DNA from: an uncultured Actinomycetota bacterium
Lineage (GTDB): Bacteria > Actinomycetota > Actinomycetes > Propionibacteriales > Nocardioidaceae
Reading direction: 5' to 3'
Length of the DNA stretch: 64,000 bases
Assembly: GCA_963778975.1 (NCBI GenBank)
Contig: CAVZWM010000023.1
Location: 127,356-191,355, forward strand
The notes under the pieces are model-generated. The model was given only the letters and a program-made list of their open reading frames with translations. It had not been told where the DNA came from and ran no database searches. Position numbers and translations under genes: made by a program. Shown here one piece after another: positions 12,447-22,199 of this stretch. How positions within the stretch are numbered: position 1 is the stretch's first letter; each line of letters begins with the position of its first letter.

Positions 12447-14305
12447 GCGTCCTGACCGTAGAGGGAGTCGACCACGTCGGCGTACTTGGTGGTGACGACG
12501 CGCCGCTTCAGCTTGAGCGTGGGGGTCAGCTCCTCCGACTCCGCGGTCCACTCGTCGGGCAGCAGCTCCCATGCCTTGACCTGCTCGGGGCGGGAGAGGC
12601 GCTCGTTGGCCTTGTCGACCGCGGCCTGGGCCATGGCCCGGATCTCCGGCCTGGACGAGAGGTCGGCGAGGTCGGTGAACTCGATGCCCATCTTGGCCGC
12701 GACGAGCGGAGCGATCTCGCCGTCGAGGGTGAGGATCGCGACGATGAAGGAGCGGTTGTCGCCGAGCGCCATCGCGTGCCCGACGATCGGCGACTCCTTG
12801 AGGTAGTTCTCGATGTTGGAGGGGGCGATGTTCTTGCCCGCCGAGGTGATGATGAGCTCCTTCTTGCGGTCGACGATGGAGTAGAAACCGTCCTCGTCGA
12901 CCGTGCCGATGTCACCGGTGTGGATCCAGCCGTCGGCATCGATCAGGTTGCGGGTCGCCTCCTCCTGGAGGTAGTAGCCGGGGGTGTTGACCGGCCCGCG
13001 GCACAGCACCTCGCCGTCCTCGTCGAGGCGCACCTCGATGCCGGGGTTGGCGCGGCCGACGGTGCCGAGCTTGAAGGCGTCGGGGCCGTTGGCGGTGAAG
13101 GCCCCGCACGTCTCGGTCATGCCGTAGACGTCGTAGACCCTGAGGCCGAGACCGCCCATGAACTTCGCGACCTCGAGCGGCATCGGCGCTGCGGCGCTGG
13201 CCGCCCACGTCACCTGGTCGAGGCCGAGCAGGAGGCGAAGGAAGGCGAGGATGCCCTCGTCGGCCTGCTTGAAGGCGGCCTCCACCTCGGGCGTCATCTC
13301 GTTGCCGTACTCGTGGGCCTGGGTCCACGCGAGCCCCGCCGCCATGGCATCCGTGACCATCTTCTGGTTGTCGGGGTTGGGGTCCTCGGCGAGCTTGGCC
13401 GAGATGCCGGTCTTGATCTTCTCCCAGACGCGCGGGACGCCGAAGAACGCCGTCGGGTGCACCTCGCCGAGCGCGCCCAGAAGGCCGGCCGGGTCGGGGA
13501 TCGCGTGCACGTGGCTGCCCAGGAAGGGAGGGCCGTACGTCGCCAGCACCCGCTCGGCGATGTGTGCGAGCGGCAGGTAGCTGATCGTGCGCTGCTGGCC
13601 GTGGAGCCCGGCGGCGTCGAGGGTGGAGACCGCTTCGTACATCACGTTGTGGTGGGTGAGCACCACGCCCTTGGGGTTGCCGGTCGTGCCCGAGGTGTAG
13701 AGATAGGTCGCGGGCAGGTCCGGGGTGATCTGGTCGGTGCGCTCCTCGACGCCGCTGGTGTCGGTGCCGCGGGCCAGGAAGTCGTCCCAGGCCATCACCC
13801 GGGGGTCGTCGACCCGGTCGGCGTCGCTGAACATCACGACGTGGCGGATCGAGTCGACGTGGTCGAACGCGCTCTCCCAGCGCTGGTAGCGGTCGTGGTC
13901 CTCGAGGATCACCACGACCGGGCGGGACTCGCCGGCGATGAAGGAGACCTGGTCCTGCGCGAGGGTGTTGTAGATCGACATCGGGACCGCGGCGGCGGTC
14001 ATGGTGCCGTAGTCCGCGAGCGTGTGGGCGGTCCGGTTGTTGGCCATGATGGCCACCGGGTCGCCCTTCTCGACGCCGAGCGCGATGAGGGCCGCGGCGA
14101 CCTGCTGGGCCTTGTCCCACGTCTCGGCCCACGTGATCGTCGACCACGGCTCGCCCTCGGGGATGTCGAACCTGTCGGAGAACGCCGGCTGGTCGGCGTA
14201 CTTGTCTGCCGCCAGCCGCAGGGTCGCGGGCATGTGGAGGCCCAGGATGCGGGCTTCGTACTGCTCGCGGGCTGCTGCGACATCGGCGGGGATCTCGTGC
14301 GTCAT
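12443..14305 (-). CDS. Long-chain fatty-acid--CoA ligase (AMP-dependent synthetase)
   Basis: YTSGTTGNPKG, YGMTE, GWIHTGDIG, DRKKELIITSAGKN and LTPTLKLKR motifs. Confidence 0.95.
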   Translation of the reverse strand: MTHEIPADVAAAREQYEARILGLHMPATLRLAADKYADQPAFSDRFDIPEGEPWSTITWAETWDKAQQVAAALIALGVEKGDPVAIMANNRTAHTLADYGTMTAAAVPMSIYNTLAQDQVSFIAGESRPVVVILEDHDRYQRWESAFDHVDSIRHVVMFSDADRVDDPRVMAWDDFLARGTDTSGVEERTDQITPDLPATYLYTSGTTGNPKGVVLTHHNVMYEAVSTLDAAGLHGQQRTISYLPLAHIAERVLATYGPPFLGSHVHAIPDPAGLLGALGEVHPTAFFGVPRVWEKIKTGISAKLAEDPNPDNQKMVTDAMAAGLAWTQAHEYGNEMTPEVEAAFKQADEGILAFLRLLLGLDQVTWAASAAAPMPLEVAKFMGGLGLRVYDVYGMTETCGAFTANGPDAFKLGTVGRANPGIEVRLDEDGEVLCRGPVNTPGYYLQEEATRNLIDADGWIHTGDIGTVDEDGFYSIVDRKKELIITSAGKNIAPSNIENYLKESPIVGHAMALGDNRSFIVAILTLDGEIAPLVAAKMGIEFTDLADLSSRPEIRAMAQAAVDKANERLSRPEQVKAWELLPDEWTAESEELTPTLKLKRRVVTTKYADVVDSLYGQDA

Positions 14306-14449
14306 CGGGACTCCTTGACGTGGCGGGGGTCACATCATGGTGCGAGACGCGTGGGGATGGCTAGGGGTTGTCCGGACCGCGCCCGGGGTGGGCCAGACTG
14401 GTCGCGACGGGACCGACGACCAGGGCCCCGAACCGATCCAGGAGGCGAC

Positions 14450-14752
14450 ATGGTGGCGAGCCGCTCGGCCCGTGAGAGGAAGGCCGCTGCCCAGGCGGGG
14501 CCGCTCGCGCGGGTCAAGATCGACCTCGACGGCGACCAGCAGTTCCTCTACCGGATCAGCTGCACCTCCTGCCGGGCCAAGGAGCACCGGGCGTGGTCGA
14601 CGCACCGTCCCGGCGGCGACAACGGCTTCATGGCCGCGATGGACCGCTGGACGTTCCACCTGGTCGAGAAGCACCCGGGTGAGGACGCGCCTTGCCTGGC
14701 GTTCCTGGCCGAGGCGCAGCAGCGGCTGCACGAGAGGCGCGAGGGGTCCTGA
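14450..14752 (+). CDS. Small hypothetical protein with CxxC...HxxxxH (putative Zn-binding)
   Basis: GGAGG RBS before ATG 14450; 100 aa; CTSC and HLVEKH. Confidence 0.75.
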   Translation: MVASRSARERKAAAQAGPLARVKIDLDGDQQFLYRISCTSCRAKEHRAWSTHRPGGDNGFMAAMDRWTFHLVEKHPGEDAPCLAFLAEAQQRLHERREGS

Positions 14753-14761
14753 GCTCGCGCT

Positions 14762-15441
14762 TCACCCGACGAAGGCGATGACCTCGTCCCACTGCTCGAG
14801 CAGGGTCGCCACGTGCGACGAGTCGCGCAGCTCGAGCCGGGAGCCGCTGATGCGTGCGGCGAGCGCCTGCCCCTCCGACACCGGAGTCCCGTCGCCCGGG
14901 CGGCTGCCGTAGTGCAGGACTGTCGGGCAACGAACCGCCTCCGGTGGGTGGTCCCACGGCGAGAACGCCAGGGCGGCGTCGCGCAGGTAACCGCTGGGAT
15001 CCGTGAGGGCCTCGCGGGCGGCCGACGCGTGCTGTGCCGGGGTGCGGTGGGCCAGGTGGGCGGACTCGCCACCGTCCATGAGTGCAGCCCAGCGGGCTCC
15101 GAGGGCCACGTCGTCGGGGTCGTCGACATCGAGTCCCGCGCGCCAGGCGAGGAACTCGGGCGCGTACCTCTCGAGCTTCTCGGGCACGGTGCCCGGCTCG
15201 CTGCGGAACTGCGTCTCGACGAGGGCCAGCGCCCGCACCTGGTCGGGATGCCGGGCGGCGGCCACGACGGCGTACGTCCCTCCGATCGACATGCCGATCA
15301 GCCCGAACTCGCTGTGCCCCAGGGACTCGGCGACCTCGACGAGGTCGTCGGCGACGCTCGACTGGGTCGAGGCGAGCCGGCCCGTCGAGGCACCGCCCTC
15401 CCACACGTGGGCGGACCGCCCGTCCTCGAGCTGAGAAGCAT
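14762..15441 (-). pseudogene. Alpha/beta hydrolase, internally deleted, with 5' frameshift
   Basis: GMSIGG nucleophile elbow and late His (SHVATL). The N-terminal LEDGRSAHVWEGG joins directly to SVADDL, so the usual HG oxyanion segment is missing. ATG 15441 is out of frame. Confidence 0.6.
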
Positions 15442-15638
15442 GGTCGGAGGCTAGCTGCCCCGTGCGGTTGCGAAGGTGATGTGCACCTGATGGGCTGCGC
15501 GCATGAGCGGACGTGAGGAGTTCGCGCACTGACGTGGCGCAACGGTGGCGCGTTCCCCCAGATCGGGCAACTCCGCGCGATCGGACAGTCAGTCGCGGCG
15601 CGGGCGGGGCATGGTGGGGTCCACCCCAGGAGGCTGCC

Positions 15639-16682
15639 GTGCGCCAATCTCTCGCCGCGCTGGTCATGTCCTTGGCCCTGTGCATCGCTGTCCCGGGCGA
15701 TCGGGCGATCGCGACTCCCCAGCCCTCCACCACGGTCTCGTCCGTGGCGTCGAGCCTGGCCGTTGACACCGACGTGGCTCGCCGGCCCCGGCGTGCCTGG
15801 CCCAGGGGCCGCGTCACGTACGTCGATCGCACCCGGTACCCCGAGGCCGTGCGGATGGCCGTGCGTGCATGGAACTCCAGCGGCGTGCGGTTCCGTTTCG
15901 TCAAGGCGAAGCGCGCGCGCAACGCCCAGCTGGTGATAGAGCACGAGGAGGGCATGCCGTGTGCGTTCGGAGTTGCCTCGGTCGGCTACGCCCCGCGCGC
16001 CTACGCCCGCGTCGGCGGGCGGGATCAGGACGGTGACCCCTGCCCGTGGCCCGAGGTGGCGCTGAAGACCACCCACGAGCTGGGCCACGTGCTGGGGCTC
16101 AACCACATCCGGGAGTCGACGTGCGCCACCATGAACCCGACCACCACCAATGGCGTCGCCCCCACCGGTTGCCTCGCGCCCGACGACGAGGCCAAGCCCG
16201 GCCGGTGGTGGTGCCGGATGGTCGCCCGCCCGGACATCCGACGGGCGACGAGGTTGTACGGCGGCAGGGGGCTTGAGCGATCGCCGGAGTGGTGCAACGC
16301 CTTCCCGATGATCCCGCAGACGGGTCCGGTGACGGCCACCTCGTCCGGCGAGAGCAACTCGATCCGGCTGTCGGTCACGCGCGCCCCGGAACCAGTCGTG
16401 CCGGACTGGGTGCTCGACGGCGACTACGCAACCGAGCCGGGCGTCGAAGTGCACGTCACCAACGACGGATGTGTCAGCTCTCCTGAGAGCGCCCGCACCT
16501 ACCTGACGACAGCCTCGTGGGGCACCATCCCGGTGGGCGGGTCGTTGGAGCTGTTCGCCTTCGCGCCCGACCTGGTGTTCCCGGGCAAGACGTGCGTGAC
16601 CGTGTGGCAGTACGACGCCGGCTCGAACTACTCCGACCTGCCGACCAGTGCCGTGGTGCAGCAGGCTCCTCCTGCCGACTGA
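15639..16682 (+). CDS. Secreted matrixin/M10-like zinc metalloprotease with Cys-rich C-terminal domain
   Basis: Signal peptide, HELGHVLGLNH zinc motif, Met-turn (ATMNP), GGAGG RBS. Confidence 0.88.
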   Translation: MRQSLAALVMSLALCIAVPGDRAIATPQPSTTVSSVASSLAVDTDVARRPRRAWPRGRVTYVDRTRYPEAVRMAVRAWNSSGVRFRFVKAKRARNAQLVIEHEEGMPCAFGVASVGYAPRAYARVGGRDQDGDPCPWPEVALKTTHELGHVLGLNHIRESTCATMNPTTTNGVAPTGCLAPDDEAKPGRWWCRMVARPDIRRATRLYGGRGLERSPEWCNAFPMIPQTGPVTATSSGESNSIRLSVTRAPEPVVPDWVLDGDYATEPGVEVHVTNDGCVSSPESARTYLTTASWGTIPVGGSLELFAFAPDLVFPGKTCVTVWQYDAGSNYSDLPTSAVVQQAPPAD

Positions 16683-16886
16683 CCTGGTTCACATCGCGCA
16701 CGTGCCCGGGCGAGAGGCCTCGCCTGCGTCGGGACATTTCCGCGAGACTCCGCACGCCCCGCCTCGACAGCAATCCAGGAAGCGCACTCTCGGCAGATAC
16801 GAGCGCATCGGCAGATCCGGATGACGTCGGCCCGGCGCTATCATCCAAGCCCGACGCGGTTGCACGCCGCGTTCTTAGGCGGGGTT

Positions 16887-17621
16887 CTAGATCACGTGTC
16901 CGCCGTTGACGGTGATGCGCTGGCCAGTGATGAAGCCGCCAGCGTCCGATGCCAGATGCCCAACCATCGCGGCGACGTCGTCCGGCGTACCCATCCGTCG
17001 CAACGGGACCTCAGCGGCGTAGGAATCGGAGTCGATGCCGGCGTGGCGCTCGACTGGGATCCATCCGGGTTGGACGAGGTTGACGGTGATGCCGTCCGGG
17101 CCGAGTTCCTTCGCCCACACCTTGGTGAGCCCGATCTGGGCGTTCTTTGCTGCCACATACGCCGACATGAGGGGCGCAGCCCGATCCGCGAGGTCGGAAC
17201 CAATCAGGATGACCCGCCCACCGCCGGTCGACCGCATGCTCGGAAGGGCTGCCTGAACGAGCAGGGTGGGACTCTTGACGAAGAACTCCAGCTGGTCGAG
17301 ATGAGTACGCCAGGTCAGGTCGACGACGCTCACTTCTGGCTGCGGACCTGTGGCATTGGCGACGACCGCCGTGACCGGACCGAGCGCTCTGGTGACATCC
17401 GCAAACAGGCCGGCTACCCCGTCCTCAGTGACGACGTCAGCGCCGAACGCCTCGGCCACACCGCCGGCCTCCCTGATCCGTTTGGCAACGGACTCTGCCG
17501 CCTCCCGACCACGGAGGTAGTTGACCGCAACCGGCCTCCCATCGGCCGCAAGTCGCAAAGCGATCGCCGCGCCGAGACCTCGCGAAGCACCAGTTACGAC
17601 CGCGACTCCAGAGGTAGCCAT
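16887..17621 (-). CDS. SDR family oxidoreductase (FabG-like)
   Basis: TGASRGLG, YVAAK, VNLVQPG and ITGQRITVNGG motifs. Confidence 0.92.
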   Translation of the reverse strand: MATSGVAVVTGASRGLGAAIALRLAADGRPVAVNYLRGREAAESVAKRIREAGGVAEAFGADVVTEDGVAGLFADVTRALGPVTAVVANATGPQPEVSVVDLTWRTHLDQLEFFVKSPTLLVQAALPSMRSTGGGRVILIGSDLADRAAPLMSAYVAAKNAQIGLTKVWAKELGPDGITVNLVQPGWIPVERHAGIDSDSYAAEVPLRRMGTPDDVAAMVGHLASDAGGFITGQRITVNGGHVI

Positions 17622-17790
17622 TCGCCCACATTACGAGCCGGAGCCGTCGGCGAAGTCCCACGGCGCTCGCATCCGGACATCCGGCATGATCGGATGACTG
17701 AAAGAAGGCGTCAGAGCAAGGCTCAGCACTCGTCCACAACGTCTCCGTCAGCCCGGCCCCACTGTCGGTGCCTCCTGCTTGAGTAGTGGC

Positions 17791-19190
17791 ATGCACCTGA
17801 CCACCGCACTCGACGAGCTGACCGAGGCCGAGCTCCTCGATCACGCCGACGAGGTCTCGCGCGTGCAGCGCGAGTGCGAGGCGCAGGTCCTGCGGATCGC
17901 GGTGCAGCACGCGATCATCAACAACCCGGAGACCCTCGACCCCGAGGTCGCCAAGCTGCCCGGCCGTGAGCGGGCCAAGCGCTTCGGGGGAGTCGGCACG
18001 CCCGACGTCGCCGAGTTCGCCGCCGCAGCACTCGGCGCCCGCCTCGGCATCTCGTCGGGCTCGGCGCACTCGCTCATGGCCGATGCCCTCGACCTGATGA
18101 TCCGGCTGCCGCAGCTCTGGCGTCGGGTGGAGTCGCTCGAGGTGAAGGCGTCCTACGCCCGCTTCGTCGCCCGCCGCACCCGCGACCTGACCGTCGACCA
18201 GGCGTCGTACGTCGACGAGCGGATCGCCGAGGCGGCAGACGGCCGCATCCCGTGGACGCGTTTCGAGGATCTCCTCACCGGACTGATCGTCGCGAGCGAC
18301 CCGGAGGCCGCTGCCGGACGCGAGCGGGCCAACGCCGAGCGCCAGGTCGCCAACCCGACCCGCTCCACCGCAGGAGGGCATGCGCGGCTTCTTCATCCGG
18401 GCGCCGTTCGCCGTCATCGCCATGCTCGACGCGCGCGTGCAGTGGTTCGCCGACATCCTGGCGGCCCTCGGCGACACCGACGAGCTCGACGTCCGCCGCG
18501 TCAAGGCGATCGCGATCCTCGCCAACCCGCACCAGGCCGTCGCTCTCATCGAGGCCTTCGTCCAGTGGCGCGACCGGCCGCCGGGCCCGGCCGACGAACA
18601 GACCGACGCAGCAGACCGGCGATCGCCCGACCATCGACTGGTCCCAGATCTTCCCGAGCGTGACGATCTTCGCCCACGTCTACGTCGGCAGCGAGACCAC
18701 CCACACGGTCCGCGCCGAGGGCCACGGTCCGGTCACCGAGTCCTGGGTCCGTGAGCACCTCGGCCCGCACGCACGGTTCACGATCAGGCCGGTCTTCGAC
18801 CTCGCCGGGCAGGCACCCGTCGACGCCTACGAGATCCCCGACCGACATCGGCAGGCCGTGCATCTGATGACGCCGGCCGACACCTTCCCCTGGGGAGTGA
18901 GCACCTCCCGCACCCAGCAGATCGACCACACCGAGGCCTTCGACCATCGAGGGCCACCCGGCCAGTCGAGGGTGGGCAACTACGGACCGATGACACCGTT
19001 CCACCACCGCATCAAGACGCACACGCGATGGCAGGTGCGGCAACCCTTCCCGGGGATCTACGTGTGGCGCGACCCGCACGGCGCGACGTACGTCGTCGAC
19101 CACAGCGGCACCCGACGTGTCCCGGCGGACGCCGGACTCAGCCCGGCCGAGGCACACGTCAGCAGGGCGCTCTTCGAGCTGGTTGCGTGA
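17791..19190 (+). CDS. DUF222 (13E12-repeat)/HNH endonuclease-like protein (frameshifts near 18375 and 18612)
   Basis: GGVGTPDVAEFAAAALGARLG...ADALDL..RLPQLW N-terminus; DAYEIP; IDH...GN..P...HHRIKTH..W...PG..VW..PHG HNH-type C-terminus. Confidence 0.8.
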
Positions 19191-19223
19191 CCGCACCGCC
19201 GGCAGTCGGGAGGCGCTGAGCGT

Positions 19224-19631
19224 TCAGTCGTCGACGGGGCTGGACGTGTCCGTTTCCTCCCGGGCCTCCTCCGCCTTGGCCGCGTCACGAGCCTCGCCGA
19301 GATCGGCCAGAAGGGAGTCGACCACCACCAGGCCGCCGCCGAGAAGGATCGCGGCGATCGGTACCGGCAGCCTCGTTCGACGCAGAGCCTCCGTGGCTGC
19401 CAGCATCGCGGCCGACCACGACGACACCGAGGTCGCGAAGGGCACCGTGGCGCGCTTCCACGGCTCCTCCGAGTCGGGCAGGACCGTGAACATCTGGAGT
19501 CCCGGCCTGTTCAGGAACCAGCCGCCTGCAAAACCCGCGAGCAGAATGCGCGAGCGCTTGGAGCGGTCCGTTGCGAGGCAGGCGAGAGTCACCCCGGCTC
19601 CCCGGACCACCGCACCTTTTCGTACCTTCAT
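19224..19631 (-). CDS. Hypothetical membrane protein
   Basis: GGAGGTG RBS before ATG 19631; hydrophobic segments; atypical codon usage. Confidence 0.6.
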   Translation of the reverse strand: MKVRKGAVVRGAGVTLACLATDRSKRSRILLAGFAGGWFLNRPGLQMFTVLPDSEEPWKRATVPFATSVSSWSAAMLAATEALRRTRLPVPIAAILLGGGLVVVDSLLADLGEARDAAKAEEAREETDTSSPVDD

Positions 19632-19701
19632 CCGCTGCACCTCCGGTCTGATGGTCTCGCGCCCATCGTCGAAGGGCAACGGCCAACCGCCATGCGGGTG
19701 A

Positions 19702-20130
19702 GTGCTGGCCCGACAGTTTGTCCCACGGCGCGGGGTTCGGCGCATCGACACGCACGCCACCAGCACCGACGAGCTGCGCCAGGTCGACGCCCTGCAGCAC
19801 GAGCTCGACGAAGGACCCTGCCTCGACGCGTTGCAGCGCGAGGACACGGTGCGGAGCAACGACCTGTCCGCCGGCGACATCCACGACGGGTTGGCGCTGG
19901 CGGCACACGTCGGTGTGGCCCTCGCGGCGGCGCAGGAGGTCGAGAACCTGGAGAAGGCGCTGGGAGGCCGGACCGTGATCGGTCAGGCCACCGGCATGCT
20001 GATGGAGCGGTTCGACATGTCGTCCGATCGCGCCTTCTCCGTGCTCAGCAGGATGTCGCAGCAGAGGAACGTGAAGCTCCGTCAGCTGGCCGAGCAGATC
20101 GTGACGACCAGGAGCATGCCGAAGCCGTAG
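19702..20130 (+). pseudogene. ANTAR-domain protein with truncated/deleted GAF domain
   Basis: The GAF fragment LQHELDEGPCLDA is joined to ANTAR RTVIGQATGMLMERF...AFSVLSRMSQQRNVKLRQLAE. The GAF middle and the N-terminus are missing. Confidence 0.7.
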
Positions 20131-20164
20131 GCCCGGGCGTGGACGCGCTCACTAGGGTCGGCAC

Positions 20165-21128
20165 GTGGACACAGCCGGTGAGCGGGACGTCGTGGTCGTC
20201 GGCGCCGGGGTGGCCGGCGTCGCCTGTGCCCGCGAGGTCAGGGGAGCGGGCCTGGGCGTGCGGCTCATCGACCGGGGCCACCGACCCGGCGGTCGGATGG
20301 CCTCGCGCCGCCTGTGGGAACCCGACCGACCGGTCGACCTCGGCGCGTCGTACTTCACGGTCTCCGACCCGGGGTTCGCCGCCGTGGTCGACGACTGGCA
20401 GGCCAGGGGTCTGGCCGCCCCGTGGACCGACACGTTCTGCGTGCTCGAGGACGGTGGGACTCGGCACGACGACCGGCGCGGTGCGCTGGGGTGCCCCGGG
20501 CTCCTTGCGTTCGCTCGTCGAGGACCTGGCCGCCGACCTGGAGGTGGAGCGCAGCGAGATCGACGACCTCGACCTCGACGCCGCCACCGTCGTCCTGGCC
20601 ATGCCCGACCCGCAGGCCCGACGCCTGTGCGGCGACCACCCGGTGGCGCGCGTCCTGGACCGCGAGTGGGAACCGGTGATCGCGATGGCCGCCCGCTGGC
20701 GACGGCGTACGTGGGACGACGTCAGCCCGACCGGCCGCTTCGACGGCGCCTTCGTCAACGGCGACCCCGCCATCGGCTGGGTCGCGGACGACGGTCGCCG
20801 CCGCGGGGACGACGCGCCGGTGCTCGTCGTGCACTCCACGCCCGAGCTCGCGAGCCGGCACCTCGCCGATCCGGCCGCGGTCGTGCCCGAGCTGGTCGCG
20901 GCCGTGCGCCGGCTGATGGACCTCGACGAGCCGGAGGACGTCCACGTGCACCGCTGGACCTTCGCGCGACCCATCGGCGAGCGGGAGGCGTCGTACGCCC
21001 TCGTCGACGGCCCCGGGAGGCTGGTCGGCGTCTGTGGCGACGGCTGGGGACCGACACCCAAGGTCGAGACGGCGTGGCTGTCGGGTGTGCGGCTCGGACG
21101 CGAGCTGGTCAGGCGCTCAACGCACTGA
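20165..21128 (+). CDS. Renalase-like FAD/NAD(P)-dependent oxidoreductase (frameshift near 20460)
   Basis: VVGAGVAG, GGRMASRR, DLGASYFT, HRWTFARP and CGDGW...VETAWLSG motifs. Confidence 0.85.
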
Positions 21129-21879
21129 GGTCGCGCTCGGCGTAGAGCCGGTGCTCCCACTCCTCGTTGAGGACCACGCCCAGGCACTGGGCGCACGGTC
21201 AGCCCCTCGGCGTCCTGCCAGGAACGGCGTCGCCGACGTGACCGGGTGCGCGCGAGCCCCGGGTCGGTGAGCCCGTCGAGCACGCCGGCCACGGTCGTAC
21301 GACGCTGGGCGCGCACCGCGAGCACCTCGTCGAGCGAGGGGCGTACGTCCCGGTCCCACGGCACCCCGTCGACGGTCGGCGCCTCGTCCCACGGCAGGTC
21401 GAGCGGGTGCCAGGGCGACGGGGTCGGCCAAGCACGACGCCGCCCACCCAGCAGGCGTGGGCGAACCCGAGGTGGCGCAGGGTCTCGATGAACGACCACT
21501 CCTCGTCGACCGGCTCGTGCAGCGCCTCGGGCGGCAGCGCACGAGCCCGCTCGACGGTGCCCGCCCACAGCCGGTCGAGCGTCGCGAACGCCGTCCGGAA
21601 GCCCTCGGCGTCAGTCGGCCGCATCAGCGCGCGCTCCGGCATCCGCCGGTCGAGCTCGGCCTCGACCAGCGGCACGACGTCGACGCCGTTGACCACCAGC
21701 CGGCCGAGCTCGCCGTAGATCTCGAGGTCCGGCACCTCGACGCCGGTCATCCGTACGCCGTCGAGGTAGGCGGCACGCACCCGCGTGCGGCTGAGGTCGA
21801 CGTCCTGGAGCAGCGCGTCGGCCAGGCGGACCCGCCGGAAGGTGGAGCCGGTGAGGTCCTGCTCGGTGAAGTCGGTCAT
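21117..21879 (-). CDS. DinB-family protein with N-terminal pentapeptide repeats (several frameshifts)
   Basis: QDLTGSTFRRVRLADA repeats; VNGVDVVPLVEAELDRR; EWSFIETLRHL; C-terminal EEWEH in another frame. Confidence 0.8.
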
Positions 21880-21951
21880 GGGTCCACGGTAGGACCGGTT
21901 GCGGACGATCTAGGCCCGGATGTCAGCGACGCGACCCGCGGGCGGTCGGGC

Positions 21952-22167
21952 TCACCAGGTGAGCTCGATCTCCACCTCGTTGTCCTCGCCGAGCTCGACC
22001 TCGACCTTGAGGCGCACCTCGTCGGGGACGGCGACGGTGATCCGGCCGCCGTCGCGCGCGAACTCGATCGAGTTGTGCTTGCTCAGTGAGTCGGCGACGG
22101 CGCGCAGCTTGGCTGCCGCTTCCTCGCGGGTCATGGTCACGGTCTCGTCCATCTCGAAGAGGTCCAT
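21952..22167 (-). CDS. Amphi-Trp domain-containing protein
   Basis: 71 aa; REEAAAKLRAVADSL...VPDEV..KVEVE...EIELTW with a terminal Trp. Confidence 0.85.
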   Translation of the reverse strand: MDLFEMDETVTMTREEAAAKLRAVADSLSKHNSIEFARDGGRITVAVPDEVRLKVEVELGEDNEVEIELTW

Positions 22168-22199
22168 GTCCCGACCGTAGCCACCCGTCGCAAGCATGG

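Noticed and set aside
14450-22167. Prophage, ICE or IS element
   Set aside because: No integrase, transposase, tRNA target or flanking direct repeats are visible. It looks like piecemeal gene gain.
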